Below are positions 44,101 to 58,471 of a stretch of 64,000 nt of DNA, in pieces. Location of the stretch: NCBI GenBank assembly GCA_964035545.1, contig OZ037773.1, positions 2,447,751 through 2,511,750 of the forward strand, written 5' to 3'. This DNA is from Bugula neritina (Eukaryota; Animalia; Bryozoa). The translations under genes were made by a program, and so were the position numbers. The notes below the pieces were generated by a model. The model searched no databases. It was not told the DNA's origin and was given only the letters and a program-made list of their open reading frames with translations. Position 1 is the stretch's first letter. The number at the start of each line of letters is the position of its first letter.

Positions 44101-47100
44101 TAGTACAAAACTCTCTCTGCGGAACTCAAACCATAAGTTGAAGTATTTTGTTGTTGCGCGAACAATGGCGGCCACCCCTGCTTCATTCTCATACGTGGCA
44201 TTGTTCATCAATCAACATACACCTCTGTAAAGTGTAAAATAAGTCTAGGCACTAATTACCATATTGTCATGCTTTTCAAAGTGTCCATGGTTGTGATTGT
44301 CACACAGCTAAGGAGAATGTTGACCTACATTCTGTTTGCATTTTGCTTTCGTGGCTTTTTATGGTAATTTTTTAATCTAAAAGGTTCTGTTGGGTTTCGT
44401 GTATGCAAATACTACTGGTGCTGTAGCCTCAATAGGAGTACTATTCCACATCTCAGTTGCACTTAGAATGAGCTTTATGTCTTAATTTGTATATAATTTT
44501 ATTTATTTCAACACTTTAATATAATAGTGTATTGAAAGTTCGTATTAATTCATTAAGATATTATTCTGTATACAGTTATATATTCTTTAGCTCAAAGTTG
44601 TCGCAGATAAATACAAAGAACTGCTGAGTAAACACAGAACTGCGGCGGCTGAACTAGAAGAGGCGAAAGAGGAAGTTACTACTCTCAAGATGGCCGCCGC
44701 CTCCATTGATATCTCACAGCCAGTCACTTCTGGATGTGACGAAGGTCAGCTAGAGCAACTCACAACTGCTAACAGAGAGCTGGAGGTGCAGGTAAGCTAG
44801 CGGAATAGATATGTGTGGTCATGGCAGTTAGCAGTGTAAAGGCTTCATTTCCTTGTTAACTGTGGAGTGTTGGTTTTAGGTAACTCAGATTCAAGATGAG
44901 TTAATGGCAGCTAAACGCTCATTGGCCAGTGCTTCTCAATTTGAAGCTAGAATAGGCGAGCTAACAGACCTTTTAGACCAATCAGAGGACAACAATAAAC
45001 AACTTGAGAATGAAATTAGCCAATTGGAATGTAAGGTTGGACAACTGGAAAGTGACATTGTCCAATCAGAAGACACCGTTAAGCAGCTGGAGAGTGAGCG
45101 CAGTCTATTAGACACGAGCAAGGACGCTACAACTCAGTTAGAAGTACTGAATGAAGATTTGAAGTTGAAAAACACTCAGCTAATGGAATCCCAGCACATG
45201 TGGGAAACTCGAGTGAGCGAGACCGAAGCCGAACTGAGACGCCATGTTGAGCTGGAAACGAACTTACAGGAACGGCTCAGCCAGTCACTAGCAGAATGTG
45301 CGAACTTGCAACAGAGTAATTCAGACCTGCACCAACAGCTTTCAGTGTCTCAAGTTGAACTTGAGGAGCTCCGTGTTTCTGACTCCAAAGTCCGAGATGA
45401 TCTCAACATAGCTCTTGCCGACGTTGAACAATTGAAATCGTCGGAGGCCAAACTCTCCGCCTCTCTCGCCCAGTCACACACCGATCTGACTAGCAAAGAG
45501 CAGACGGAGGTCGAGTTAAAGGGGCGTGTCGCTCAATTGGAGGAAGTGCTAGCTGATCTCAGAGAACAACTGGCTCAGTCAGCGTTGGAAGTCAGCCAAT
45601 TTGAAAACACTATTAGCACTCTTCAGCGTTCTGAACAAGATCTCAAAGAGAGGCTCATCGTGGTAGAAACTTCTCTCCAACTTTCCAGCCAATCACAGCA
45701 CAGTGATGTTGAGCAGATGCAGCAGTTGACCACTGACAAAGAGAATCTTCAGACACAGGTTGGTTTGAGTTCTGACTCGGGGGGGGGGTGTATTTCACAT
45801 GGTTTTGCACTCTGTAGTTTATAAACTAAGGCTTGTCCTATTTATTGTTAGGTAGAGCTGCTGATGAAGGAACGAGATGAATTGACCAATAAGCATGAGC
45901 TGACCCTTCAACAGCTAGAATCTGCATCCAATGAGATCACCATGTTGAAAATGTCTGCCGCAGTTTTAGACGTTTCGGACTACATGACCTCTAGCTTATC
46001 TGGAGGTCAAACCCACCAAGATAGTGAGGTTTGTGGTGTTCTACTCTTTAAACTGCATAAGCTATTTTATTATTTGACTCTCTATTTAGTTTGTTTTCAG
46101 TTAATTTATACTTAACAGAAGTCTTATTTTTGACCCCTTCAGGTTGTGAAGTGTGAGAAAGATCTAGAAGAAGTGCGAAAGATGTTGGGCAATAAGGAAT
46201 TAGAGATTGAAGATCTGAAACAAGCTTTGGCCCAATCAGAAAGCAGGATTGGTGAGCTGCAAGATGACATTAACCAATCACAGTTAAGCTGTGAGCAGAG
46301 CCGTACATCCATGAATGAGCTTGAAAGAAAAATTCAAGAATTAGATTTATCTGTTAGTGAGTTGAGGACAGAAAATTCAGAACTTGTAGAAAAACTTAAC
46401 AAATCAGAAGAGGAACTTAAAATTATAAGCCAGTCAGAAATGAAATTGAAACTTAGTCATTCGAATTTGGAAGCTGAGCTTGTCCAACTCCGCCAATCAG
46501 AAGCCGAGTTGAAGGACTTACTCATCCAATCAGAAACTGAGATTCAAGAGCTGAAGAAAACAGAATCTGCTACTTCAACTATTCAGTCCCTCACTGCTGA
46601 TAAGGAACTGCTTGAAACTGAAGTAGGTTGATCAACCATCTGGAACTTTCTAAAAATGTTCAAACAAAGAATAGTTTTCAGTTACAAAAACTTTGCGAGA
46701 TTTGGATTCTAAAACATTTTCTTGTGTGTGTCTCTACTTGATGTTATGTTGATGTGTACAGGAAGCTCTAAGATGTATGACACTGTTTGCTTACAGTTGA
46801 AACAGTGTCAGGAAGAATTATTGGCCGCCAAGAGGTTAGAAGCTAGCCAGAGTTCTCTACAACAGTCCTTAGATGTGTCGGAGGCTCAGCGGGCCGAACT
46901 CACTGACCTATATCAGACTGCTCAGGCTAAGAATGAGGACCTTTTGGCGCAACTGGAGCTGAAATGTGAGGAATTGAACGCCTCCCTCAATCAGATATCA
47001 CAGATAGAGCAAGATGTTCAGAAGTCTTATGCTGAGCGAGATGCCCTTGCACTGAAGGTACAAGTGGTTATTTTCAGCTCATGTTCTGTAGATATTTCTG

Positions 47101-50100
47101 CTTAGGTAAAGATACTACTTAGCTTTAAGTTATGTTACTCTGATGTATGCTATTATAAATATGCCAAACATTTGTTTTAGACCATAAATGTAAACTGGTT
47201 TTTTCAGTTACTTTCTTGATCGGATATGAGGATTATAAAATTTTATAAAGCGACTTTGTTTCAAGTTCAAAGTGGTTTTAATGTATAATGATAGCGATTG
47301 ATGTGTGATATTAAAATAGAAGGTTATTTCCTTTTTCACTTGAGCTTTAATCTATGCCCTCCGCAGTATTTTATTGTATTATCCTGCTGAACTATTTCCT
47401 CTGCCATGTGATCTATTACTTATTCATTGCTCCATAAATCATATTCTTTAACAGTGCCCGTTGCCAAAAGTGTCTATTTTAATTTTAATCCTTGGCAATA
47501 TTTGGTATGTTTGTGGCTGAATAGGTTTGAAATATTTACTGTGTAGTTGAGTGAAACCTCTGCCTTAAGTAACAGCAAAACGTCAGAGTTGGAAGCTGAG
47601 ATTAGCCAGTTGCAGACGTCGCTTTCCGAACATGAAAAAGAGGCTCTGCAGACCATCAACTCTCTGAATCAGGTACATTTTTAGGTGCTCGCATGTTCAG
47701 CTGTCCTTTGTGTTTGTGTTCAACTACAATTGGCTGTTTTATATTGTGTTTAATAGAGTTCTTTAGTCACATATTTTATTGCGTCACCATCTCCATCTGC
47801 TCTTTCAGTGAAGTCAAAATGATGTTCATTCTTAAATTTATTGTCAATTAAAACAAACTTATATTGCCGAATAAGTTTGATTAAATTGTCCTAACGTTTG
47901 CAGCTGCCTTACCCCCTTCTTACTTACTATGCTTGCACTGTCCGTTAATCCATATTCGTGTTGAGGTTAATGGAAGAGTGTATTCATTGTATTGAAACTT
48001 GGATATGGTAATTAGCTATATTGTGGCATCTATCTCCCTATCTCTCTATATATGCCAGCAGTGAATGCATACAACCTGCCACCAACAGATGGATGGTTTA
48101 GGAAGGGTGGGGTGAAAGATGTATAATTATGTAGCTGAAACCTTCCTCTCTGTGTTTTACCATCTCATTAACTCTACACCTGAAAAGCCACGACTACTTA
48201 CTGCTGTGGCATACGTTATTTAAAGTGCATCTAGTTGACTGGAAACACTGAACTCATGTGTACCATTGCTTTCTACAGCAACTTCAGGATGCTAATGATA
48301 GGATAGTACACATGAAAGAGAGGCTTGAGGCACCAGAAAATGTAGACCAAGATCATTCGCTGTCATCTGAAGCAGTAGGGGAGGAGGAGCTAGCCACCGA
48401 CTCTTCCTCGGTAGAGGGGTTGGGTGCTGATGCCGACCAATCGCCGTACTCTGCAGTTGGTGAGGTTCTGGAGCTAAAGAATCAGTTAGCAGAGCTACAG
48501 GAGATATTGGCCAGCAAAGTTTTACTTATCAACGAGTTGCAAGGTACTAAAGCTACTCTGTGGTATCTGTACAGCTAAGTAGTAAACATACACAATGGTG
48601 TATTAGTAGTACTGGATAGTAACTGGGACATTCTTTGATATGTTGTGATCGTGGATTTACTAGTAAACTGATTCTTATGGCGGTACCTCCATTCAGCTGC
48701 CGCTAATTTACATTTTTCAAGTCACAGCTTTGCGGCTTGCTTGTAGATGCATCTAAATCATTGGAGAATGACAAACTGGTGCTAACACAACAAGTAGGGG
48801 CGTTCCAGGCTGATCGGGAGTTGCTGGTGTCAACTTTGCAAACTAAACACCAGGAGGCCACAAGATTCCATGCGGAGGCCGTACGGCTGACTGATCTACT
48901 GAAGGAGAGGGAGACTTTACTGACAGCTAGTGCCGCTGCCGGGGACAGTCAGAAAGATGAGGTGACTTTTTGCTGACTTTTTGCTGACTTTTGTTGTCTG
49001 TGTCTAGCGTTATTGAAGATCTTTTGATCCATTTCTTTCCATCAGTAAAAATTCAAAAGCTGAGTATATACTTAATCAACCTAGCTTAGAACTGTGTGTA
49101 ATACGTATAATTCTAAAGGGAGTATGTGATGCCCCTCATACTGTTAGTTGATTAAAGTAAGTTTACCTCTAGCACCAGAGAGCGCTGATGTGGCATTTTT
49201 ATCTTCTCAGGAACTGGAGGCCCTCCGGTCACGGCTGGGGAAGCTGAAACAGTCTCTTCTTGAGAAAGACAAGATGCACGAAGATATTCAGCTCAGACTT
49301 TCTAGCCAATCAGAGTCTTTGTCTCTTGCTCAGACGGAATGTCAGACGTTACGTAAGCAGGTATGGTGCGCCTCGTTTATTATACTTGCATATCCTCCAG
49401 GTATGATTATTAATGGCCTCTGATTTAAACAGGGGCAGATGACTGTAAACAGGGACAGATAACTGCTGGGTGATATTTCATGAAAGTTGATGTATTTTCC
49501 TGTCTTTCAGATTGAGAATTTGACATTTGAGCTGTCGGCTACACGAGCTGAAAATGATGATAGAGGTGAGGCAGTAGACAAATACCGGGCACAACTGACC
49601 CAGCAGGACACCCTGGTTAAAACTTTGCGCACATCTGAGTTGGAGTTCCAGCGGACGATAAAAGACAAGGAGAGAGAGATTGCCCAGCTTTCTAGCCAGG
49701 TAAGCGTTGTCGAGTAGCCGTACTGGGAGTCCACTGAATTCTACTCAAGATTGTTAGGATTCTAGTCTAAAAGCACATCCATAGTTTGTCGGAACTGTAG
49801 GCGTCGACCAGCGGGGTGACTAGCGATGCGGAGAAGGAAAAGTTGACTCAGACCATATTCACTCTCACTTCAGAACGAGACTCCGCCCACCACACGGCCC
49901 AGCAGAACTACATGGCGTGTCAGGACTTGCAGACGTCTCTTTCTGAAGCTATCGAGAGAGCAACTAAACTGGAGAGAGAAGTGAGTCTTGGTTGGCTTCA
50001 TGTTTAGTCAGTTCTACTCGTGTCTTATTATTTCATTTCTCTTTTATTATTTCTTTTTTTTTAAACGTGCTACCTTGTTGGCGGAATTGTGTTGCAGGTG

Positions 50101-53100
50101 GATAGACTGAGATCTCACCTCGTCTCTATTGAAGAAGGGTACACAGCTGATCTCCTCCAATCAGAGGAAAGAGAAAAGGATCTGCGCAACAGACTAGCTC
50201 TGGCAGAAGAGAAAGCCGCGTCGACCAGCACTGCTGTCCAACACGCCAGGTATGGTATATGTTTAAGTGTGAAGGTCACAAGGTCATTTAGGATCAGTCT
50301 TCGTGCTTATCAACATAGTTGGTATGTTGGTTTAGAAGTCTCGTGCTGTTTGTAGTTTGGAGGCATCCAAAGAGATCTGTTCCTTAGAGGAGCAGCTGCA
50401 CAGTGTAGCCTCCCAGAGGGATTCTCTCACACTGCAACTAAGCAATGCTCAGGAACAGTGTAGTCAGTACGCTGTACAACTACAGAATCTTCAACTCGTT
50501 CTTGAACAATTTCAGAGAGGTAAGACCGAGCAGCCGTACTAAATGTTATAAAACTAAGGCTATGTGCATTGTCTTGAGTTTTTGCACTTTCACTGCAACA
50601 ATTTGGCCTCTAATTCAGAGAAAGATTCCATGCATGCTGCTGAGGTGCAGAAGTTGACTTCTAAGCTCACGGTCAGCCAATCAGCTGCGAGTGAGATGGA
50701 GGCGGAGCTCATCAAGGTTCAAGGTCAGTTGGACTCGCAAGTTGAGGCTCTGGAAGCTGCGCAAAGACTGACTCTGCAGTTGGAAAAGAAAGAGGAAGCC
50801 ATGGATGCTCTGCGGGGCGAAGGTGAGAACCGCAAAGTTTGCTGCTCTCGCTGCTAGGAGGTACATTGCTTGTGTACGTCTGCTGCCAGTTTAGAAGGGT
50901 TTGTAGCTGGTGATCTTATTGGTTGTTGGTAATTGTTTGGGGCGCTTCTCCCGTAGTCCATATAAAGTGGTTTGGTATTTGTATCCTTCGGTGACGGCCC
51001 TGCATTCACAAAATCGCCCTCTTTTATTTTTCACTTCTGTCTCTCTCATCATGCCTCTTATTTTTCACATGTCATTCTCTCCTCTTCTTTGTCTGCTTCT
51101 ACCATACTCTCTCTCCTTTTCTCCATAACTCCTCTTTTTCTTTTTCTACTCCTTTCTAAACTAATATCTTTGTATTATATGAGTTTTCCCATTAAATCAG
51201 ACCATTCAGCTTCTTATCGCTCAGTAATAACACCGTATATCCTTCCTCTCCATTATCCCCCCCTCTGTGTTGTTAACAGTATTTTTAAACTAATACCAAG
51301 TTATATTATTTTCATAGCTATTAACCTGTATGCCTGCTTACGGTAACCTATGACCTTTCAGCTTACAGTAACCTCTGACCTTTCAGCTTGTAGCTTAGCT
51401 TCAGCCCTGTATGTATAATCTCAGCTGGTAATTAGGAGACGATTCAAACCATCTCCAGTTACTATCTGAGATTTCATATCTGGGGAGGTACAGCAGCTTC
51501 TACTACGTACTACTGTTGGTGTTGTGTTGGTACGCTGGTGGTATTGTAACAGTACACCTTAGCTGTGTCTCTAATGCTTATTTATGCAACTTGCCTCACT
51601 GCCTGGTTTTATTACTAGCATTTACCCGCTGTTGATTGCTGCTGCTTATTTACTAATGGTGATGGTGCTTCTAATTGTTGTTTGCTTCCGATAATCTCTT
51701 ATTTCTAGTTCAGTCTTTAGTCAAGTTGTGTTTCTTTTTACTCTTTCAAATGATTTGTAGACTGATTGTAGTTTCTAACTCTCAGTATGATATCAATTAA
51801 TGATATTTCACTTTCGTTTCTTCTAATTTGCAGTAATGCATAACTTGATTGTAGCCCTAATCCATCACTTGGACTACAGCATTGAGTGCGCTGCTGTGTG
51901 ATTACTTACCTGCTATCAGAGCGACAAGACTATGTAATATCAGCTGGTAAATCTGAATTGACTCCTGTGTTTTCAGGATATCTGCTGGTATTTTATAGTT
52001 TCTAGTCGTGTTTTTCTACTTTCCGCTAACATCAATCGTAGAACTGTAGAATTTTCTAACTTACCATCTGGTACTGTCTCTTAGTTCCTTTACTAATTCT
52101 AAAGCTTGCACCTTCAATTCTTACCTTCCCAATATGTGATTGAACCAGCTCTCTGTCTCTCTGCCAATTGAACTTCCGCTGACTTCATCTTTGTCACACG
52201 GATCCTAGGTCAGCATTGCGCTGACATTGCCACAAAAATAGTGAAGTTGTCCATCTGCCTTGCAGTAATAGGCAAGAGAAGACAACTCTATTGGCAGCTA
52301 CTAGCCACACACTGGTAGTCTGCTCTCCAATTTGATTGCGTTGCTAGTCTGGGAATAAAGTTTGGTGGTCTAGAAGATTATGGATTGGTCTATTACCTCA
52401 TGTAATATGAGTCGTCACTTTACTGATATGAGTCATCAATCAGCCTGCAGATATGAGTCATCGGTCTGTAGATATGAGTCATCAGTTTACAGATGAGTCA
52501 TTAGTCTGCAGATATGAGTCATGATGTGTAGTGTTGAGTATTACATCAGGTACTGATTGAATGTTTGGTTCAGAGTCTGCTGTAATACTCGACCTTCTGC
52601 ATCTTAATTTCTCTACAGACGTCACCTTACACAATTATTTCATTTCAAGTGTTATCTGCATATATCGCTTTTAAAAAGCAGCAGAAAGCATCCAATATGT
52701 TCTGGTCGCTGAGGAAGAGGTAGTTTTCTCGTCCTTTTCTGTCGTAGTTTCTTTATGGATTCGAATTCTGGAGTGGAAGTTCTATCTATAACTCTTAATG
52801 TATGTCAAGGTCACTAGCTGATATGATGATATTGGCTAATTATAACTTGGGTTGATATCGGTGGCGCTGTGATGTTGGACAGCCATAATAAATATTCGTA
52901 TTCAATGTATTCTCAGGCTAACCTATGTCCGTGGTACTATTATACAAAAAGACTTTCACGCTTCACCCTCACTAGATTCAGCTGCAATATATTCTTGTAT
53001 TTGCAGTTGATTTGAGAGAAAATCAGCTTAGAGATGCAGAAGATCGAATTAAAAGACTGAGTTTTAGTAATGAGAGTAAAGTAGAAAAGTAAGTGGGAAA

Positions 53101-54411
53101 TTGGGCTATCCTTGGGTATATTTCATTTGTGAAGAATTACTGTGTGGTTGTACTACCCAAGTGTGCCACTAATAGCCTGTGTTCTTGCATTAGGCTCCTA
53201 GTAAAGAATTTGCTCATCAACCACATCTCCGCCCCAGCCAGTAAGAAGTTGGAGGTGCTCAGGCTCATAGCCTCAGTCCTTGGTTTCACTCAGGCGGATA
53301 AAGATAAGGTGGGGTTGGGCAGTCAGTCCGGCTGGATTGGTGGCTTATGGCAGAAACTCGCTCATCCTTCCGCCAAGCCTCTTCCAGATGAGGTGAGTCA
53401 TAATTGGCAACCAGCCAGCAAGCTGTGTCAATAAGTCTTTGCATTGTTTGCAGTAAAAATCTTGATTTTGCTCAGCATTTTCTCTACCAGTATTTTGTCA
53501 TTTAGCTAGTTGACTCTTTATGGCACTGCTCTCTTTCTGACCAATCAAAACCATTCTCAAAGAATTGCTCTGCCTAAGTCATGCAAGGTTTCATCCTCCT
53601 GAGCTTGTGACTTTCTGTTGTAGTCCTTCTCGGAGCTCTTTGTAAAGTTTTTGGAGACAGAATCTTCACCGAAACCGCCGCCACTTCCTCTTCCTGTTGA
53701 TAAAATGGTGGACGAGGAGAGAAGGAAGGCGGACCAGCATCACAGGCAGGCGTTCAACCCTTTTCTGGCATCAGCTGACCCCAAGACTGTGTCAAACCAG
53801 AGTCAGCAACCTCGACAGCAACCTTCGCAGACGTCTTTTCCTCTTATTGTTGGTAAGAAAATCTGAGCCTACTGCTAAACTGAATTTAACCATTATATAA
53901 TAAGTAACTGAGTTTACACTAGATGTACATGCAGTGTGCTAGAGTTGAATGCTTCAGTATATGCATATTAAATGCTTCAGTATTATATGCGTAATGGTAA
54001 TAATTTTATTTAGTCATTTCCTATTGAAGTTGCTGCAGACACTGTCTTGATAATAGAGTTGGTAATGCTCAGCTATTAGTCACGTTGGTCAGTTGATTCA
54101 CTGTAACTGCCCTCAACTCAACACATGCTGTCAGTCAATCATATTTATTTACAGGAAGCACCAGAGAAAGCTCTCCGATGTTTACCAACAACCAGCCACT
54201 TCCTATGCACACTCTTTCTGCAACAACAACACCATTGACTTCTACACCCAGTTCCACACCTGTGCCCACCACCACCACCTTGTTCCCTCTACCACCATCC
54301 GCTTCCACACTGATACCCAAACCCACGTCCAGCTCTACACTCATTCCTGGTGCTACGGAATTGAAGTCAGCATTTATACCAATAGTCAGCCCGAGCGTCA
54401 GCGGCTCCTAG
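26109..54411 (+). CDS. TRIP11: Thyroid receptor-interacting protein 11 / golgin GMAP-210 orthologue (multi-exon)
   Basis: N-terminus MATGWWGGFTDQISSMAKDVLNEGTEEVD (26109-26196) resembles vertebrate TRIP11 (W.GG...QISNFTKD.L.EGTEEV). QQEINRL motif at 33758-33894; long coiled coil at 43-51 kb; RLRSHLVSIEEGYT...EEREKDLRNRL; GRAB domain KVEK/LLVKNLLI...KKLEVLRLIASVLGF (53007-53392) and GA1 motif SFSELFVKFLETES (53624-). Stop at 54409-54411. Confidence 0.95.
29744..29974. mobile_element. 231-bp hAT-like MITE in TRIP11 intron
   Basis: TIRs CAGGAGTGGGCAACT / AGTTGCCCACCCCTG (14/15 match). The flanking 8-mers CAATATAG and CAATGTAA (6/8) are consistent with a decayed 8-bp TSD. Subterminal GGCC motifs are present. 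Confidence 0.75.
33897..34105. repeat. (TATTC)n-like degenerate repeat immediately after a TRIP11 splice donor
   Basis: Seen directly. Confidence 0.8.
35719..35935. repeat. 24-bp minisatellite (GTAGGTATGTATTTATATTTTAAT)
   Basis: Six to seven tandem units plus degenerate copies; explains the VGMYLYFN ORF. Confidence 0.92.
52404..52525. repeat. Short degenerate tandem repeat containing GATATGAGTCAT
   Basis: About six ~21-bp copies in a TRIP11 intron. Confidence 0.75.
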
Positions 54412-56715
54412 CCTTAGTTTCTAGTGTACTTCCTATGTGGGCCAGTCAGAAAGCGACCCAGAGAATTGCTGAGTAGCCTGAAGCTCCTACACCCTGATCT
54501 CCCCCGGTTCTCTCCTCAACTTCTACATATTCTATACGTGTTTAGTCATTGATGGTTGCAGGAAAGAGATCTTTCTCATTCAGTCGTTTTATTGAGTTTT
54601 GAATACCTGGTGTTTTCAGTGCATGTTATTTATTTAGTCATTTGTTTTCTGACTTAATTTTCAAGTCTCGTCGGTTTTCTTTATATTCTATATATTTAAT
54701 TTATTATTTATTTGTTCCCAGAGAATGAAGTATAATAATAATGCATTTTATTATGTTCTAGACTTTGTAATTTGATAGATTACTGAAATTTGCTCCCCTT
54801 CTAAACAGCATTCCAGCTCTGTTATTTGAATAGTGTAACATACTTTCTCATTCTTAGGTTTTTTCTTGATGTAGAAAAAATTAATGATGAAATAAATTTT
54901 TCAAATATTTGATAAAAATTTAATGGTTATAAATTTGTAATTATAAATTATGTATATGGCAGGTGTCAATTTAAAGCAATAACAAACTTAGAGTTAACTT
55001 CATGCTATCATAACGTAAAGCTTAAAGTAGTTCAGACGATTGTACCAAGGTTGTCAATATGAACGGAATTTTGTTGGCTCATTTGTTGTGTTATGAGCTC
55101 TCTCATAGTTTGCCTGCTGGTGAGTTGATAGGTTTTGTTGAAGCTTTTATTATTTGAACTACTAAGAATGTGAATTAGACTGCATCTTTCTGAGATGCAA
55201 TATTCAATTTTACTATAAGTATAAATAAAGAGCATTATTAATTTTCAGTCAATCTGTGAATACAGTGAAGTTCATCACCATAATTGTGCAAAATGCTAAA
55301 ATGTTGAGTACAATTATACTGCCTATTTTTTCAATTTCCAATACTAATTTTTTGTGTGTGATTATGGCATGCATAGAGTTATTAGATGACACTGAAATAT
55401 TGCATAGCATTTCTTGGTGGGTACCTTTACTAATAATATTATTATGAAGCGCTAGATGTGTATTTGCTGTGAGGTTGTGTTCTCCGTTAGAAATTTTGTA
55501 CAAAAGAGGACAACTTGAAAATGAGTATTAATTTGTTGTTAGTGTTTTAGCTTTAGAATTGTCTCCCTTACAATACAAGAGCTAACGCTAGAAACGAAGC
55601 TGGCCCACTTTCTTTTTTTGTTTGAGTTTCCGTATATAAAAGTTACTCAACTTACTCATCTATGATCTTAAGATTGAATCATTTTATTTTATTACCAGCT
55701 ATGAACACAAGATGATTGTTAAACTTGATTGCAAAAACCTTTGCAATAACTTTTATTAATACTAATAGTTTTTGGTGATTTTGCTCGTATTTATATTAGC
55801 TCATTGACATTATTATCATCTATCATTTTTATTTTACAGGCATTAAAATTTTTAATTTAAAATTAATGATTTATTCACTAGGCCCATAACTATCAGTATC
55901 ACTATGACTATGAGTATGAGTATTACCTGGCTACACCATAATCATTATATTCAAATAGTTAAGTTTAATTTCAATGCAACTTAATTATTCAGTTTAATCA
56001 GATCATCAAAATTCAAATTCAGTCGAAAACAAATGCCAAGCCCAATAGTTCAATTATATTATTACTACTTTTATTTACTTTTAGCTATTATCAGTTTCAT
56101 TGTTATTAATTATGAGATGATTATATTTTATGATAATTATAGAAATATTACAGACTTACTAGGTATCAGTATATGACTATCACTATGAAGTATGAGTAGT
56201 GTGAGTAACACTAATAGTATAACTATAAGTTAAAAGATCAGTGTGAGTATGAGTGTGGTGTACTCACATCACAATGACCATATGAGTTTTAGTATTATAT
56301 AAACAATAATAATATAAATAAACATTTTGCTATTCATATTGAATATGAAAAGCATTATGTTTATTGTTATAATTTTTTGTTGAACTCGCAGTAGACCTAG
56401 TACTAGTACTAATCATTATGCTTAGAATAAAAAGTAGACGTTATGGGTTGAGTCACCCTGGATATAGTTATAAGAAATTGGATGTCAATTCAAACTCATA
56501 GACTCAGTAAATGTAGTAGTCATTCTTATTGCTTTGTTTGGAATCAGTAATGTAGCAATAGAAACAAACATTAACAACTTTGAACTATATTGTATTAATA
56601 ATTAGGTTAGCTTTAAGAGCTATCACTATATAACTATAACATTAACTATCGTTATGAAGACCGCTAAAAGAATGCTGATATGAGTAATAATAAGTCTGTT
56701 ACAAATTCTTTTTAG

Positions 56716-58410
56716 GCTTAAGAGACACTTCCATTTCAAGGAATGTGCGATATAATGATTTACTTTACTACAAATACCATCCAACAGAATCGGCCAACAT
56801 TGTTGATGACTTATTAGTTCACAATGGTAAGATGGCATGGTTGTCTGACTTAGCGTTAGAAAATGAAAACAAATCATTGCCTACTTCTATTGCACTTTAT
56901 CCTTAACTGCTGAGCTACAGAGAATAATTAATTAGATTTCGTGAAATTATTACTCAACTAAAAAAAAAATTTCATTGTGTTTTATACAAATATTTTAGTA
57001 TAACTCACATGTTTTTATGTAATTTATTTTGTATCAGATCGAATGAGTTCATCTACATCAGTAGACAGGATCACACCACCTACTAGTTCATACAAAGGCG
57101 TCAAATCATCTGCAAGTTTGGCTGAAGGCCTTACAACACTCTCTAGTTCAAGCAAAGATATTAAATTACCTAAAAGTTCATACCAAGGCATTATAGCACC
57201 TAAAAGTTCAATCGAAGGCATAACATCACCTGCAAACTCTAATGAAGGCCATACAACACCTACAAGTGCAAACAAAGACATTACATTTAATCGACTACAG
57301 GGTTTAAAAAAGCAAATTGCTGCTAACCGTTTTGCTGATCATTGGAATGTTAAGGACAATGAAATCGAAAACCTTAAAGACTCAACAAAATCAGATGAAG
57401 ATCTCAATGTTGATGATGTTGGCGCATTGCCAGCTACAAAAGTTGTTTTTAGCAGGTAAAACACTTATTTACAATTTGCTAAACTACCTAATGTAGCATT
57501 AAGCTCTACTATAGCAGCTCCCTCCTCCTTGTATTTGTTTTACTCAAGCAAAGCAATATAATAATATTATAAATAAGGCCTGTTAGCTAAGTAAATAGTA
57601 TTATAATATATTTTCTCTATAAGAATTTTACAACTAAGCTAACTTTTTGCATAACCCCTGTACAGTGCATGTTTTATCATATATAATTTTTCGAGTTTCA
57701 GAAGGTACCATTTGAGTGCAGATTGAGCCCTTTTTGAGCATCTCAGCAATAATTTCTTCAACCTCCCAAAAAAAACACAGGCTGTTTTCTATAATAATTT
57801 TAGTAGTCACATCACGATGTTCTTTTGTCTATTTTTATGTATTCTTGTAGACTTTTGGATGATGATTCTTCTTTGTTTGACAAACATCAACAGCTTTCTA
57901 CGGGTTGGTTTTTCGATACTTTAAATAAAATTTATTCCTTGTCAATTTTGTTTTATGATTTTTAAAAAATTTAATTTTAAAATCGGCACTCCTTCCTATT
58001 TTAAATAGATTATTGTAAGAAAATAGTTGTATGTTTTCAGGATCATCATTGGAGGGTTCAACAGTGGTAAAGAAGCAGCTTGAGGATGGTGCGGTGAGTG
58101 AGATGTGTCATTCCCTTATATCTGCTCATTTCCTATGAACTGATTAACTTAGCACACAACAGTACAGCATATTTGTATATTTGATTTTCTGTTGGTAGCT
58201 ATTGGTAGGGGAGAGTTGTAATGCTATTGTGCACCTATGCATGTAATATCCAGTTGCTATATGTGTGTGCGTACGTATATATTTCTCACCTATATGCGCT
58301 TTGTCCTGTTCATGTAGGGGGTGTATATATATATATATATATATATGTATCTCAATCTGTGGACAGCAGCTGTTTCGGGATTTGTCCCCTCATCAGCACA
58401 GAACAGAGTA

Positions 58411-58471
<61 letters not shown>

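Noticed and set aside
44936-50866. Several minus-strand ORFs overlapping TRIP11 exons
   Set aside because: Antisense shadows of coiled-coil coding exons with no independent coding signal.
51350-52350. Possible LINE ORF1/5' remnant on the minus strand (ELVKELR-like peptide)
   Set aside because: Too degenerate to support without a database search.
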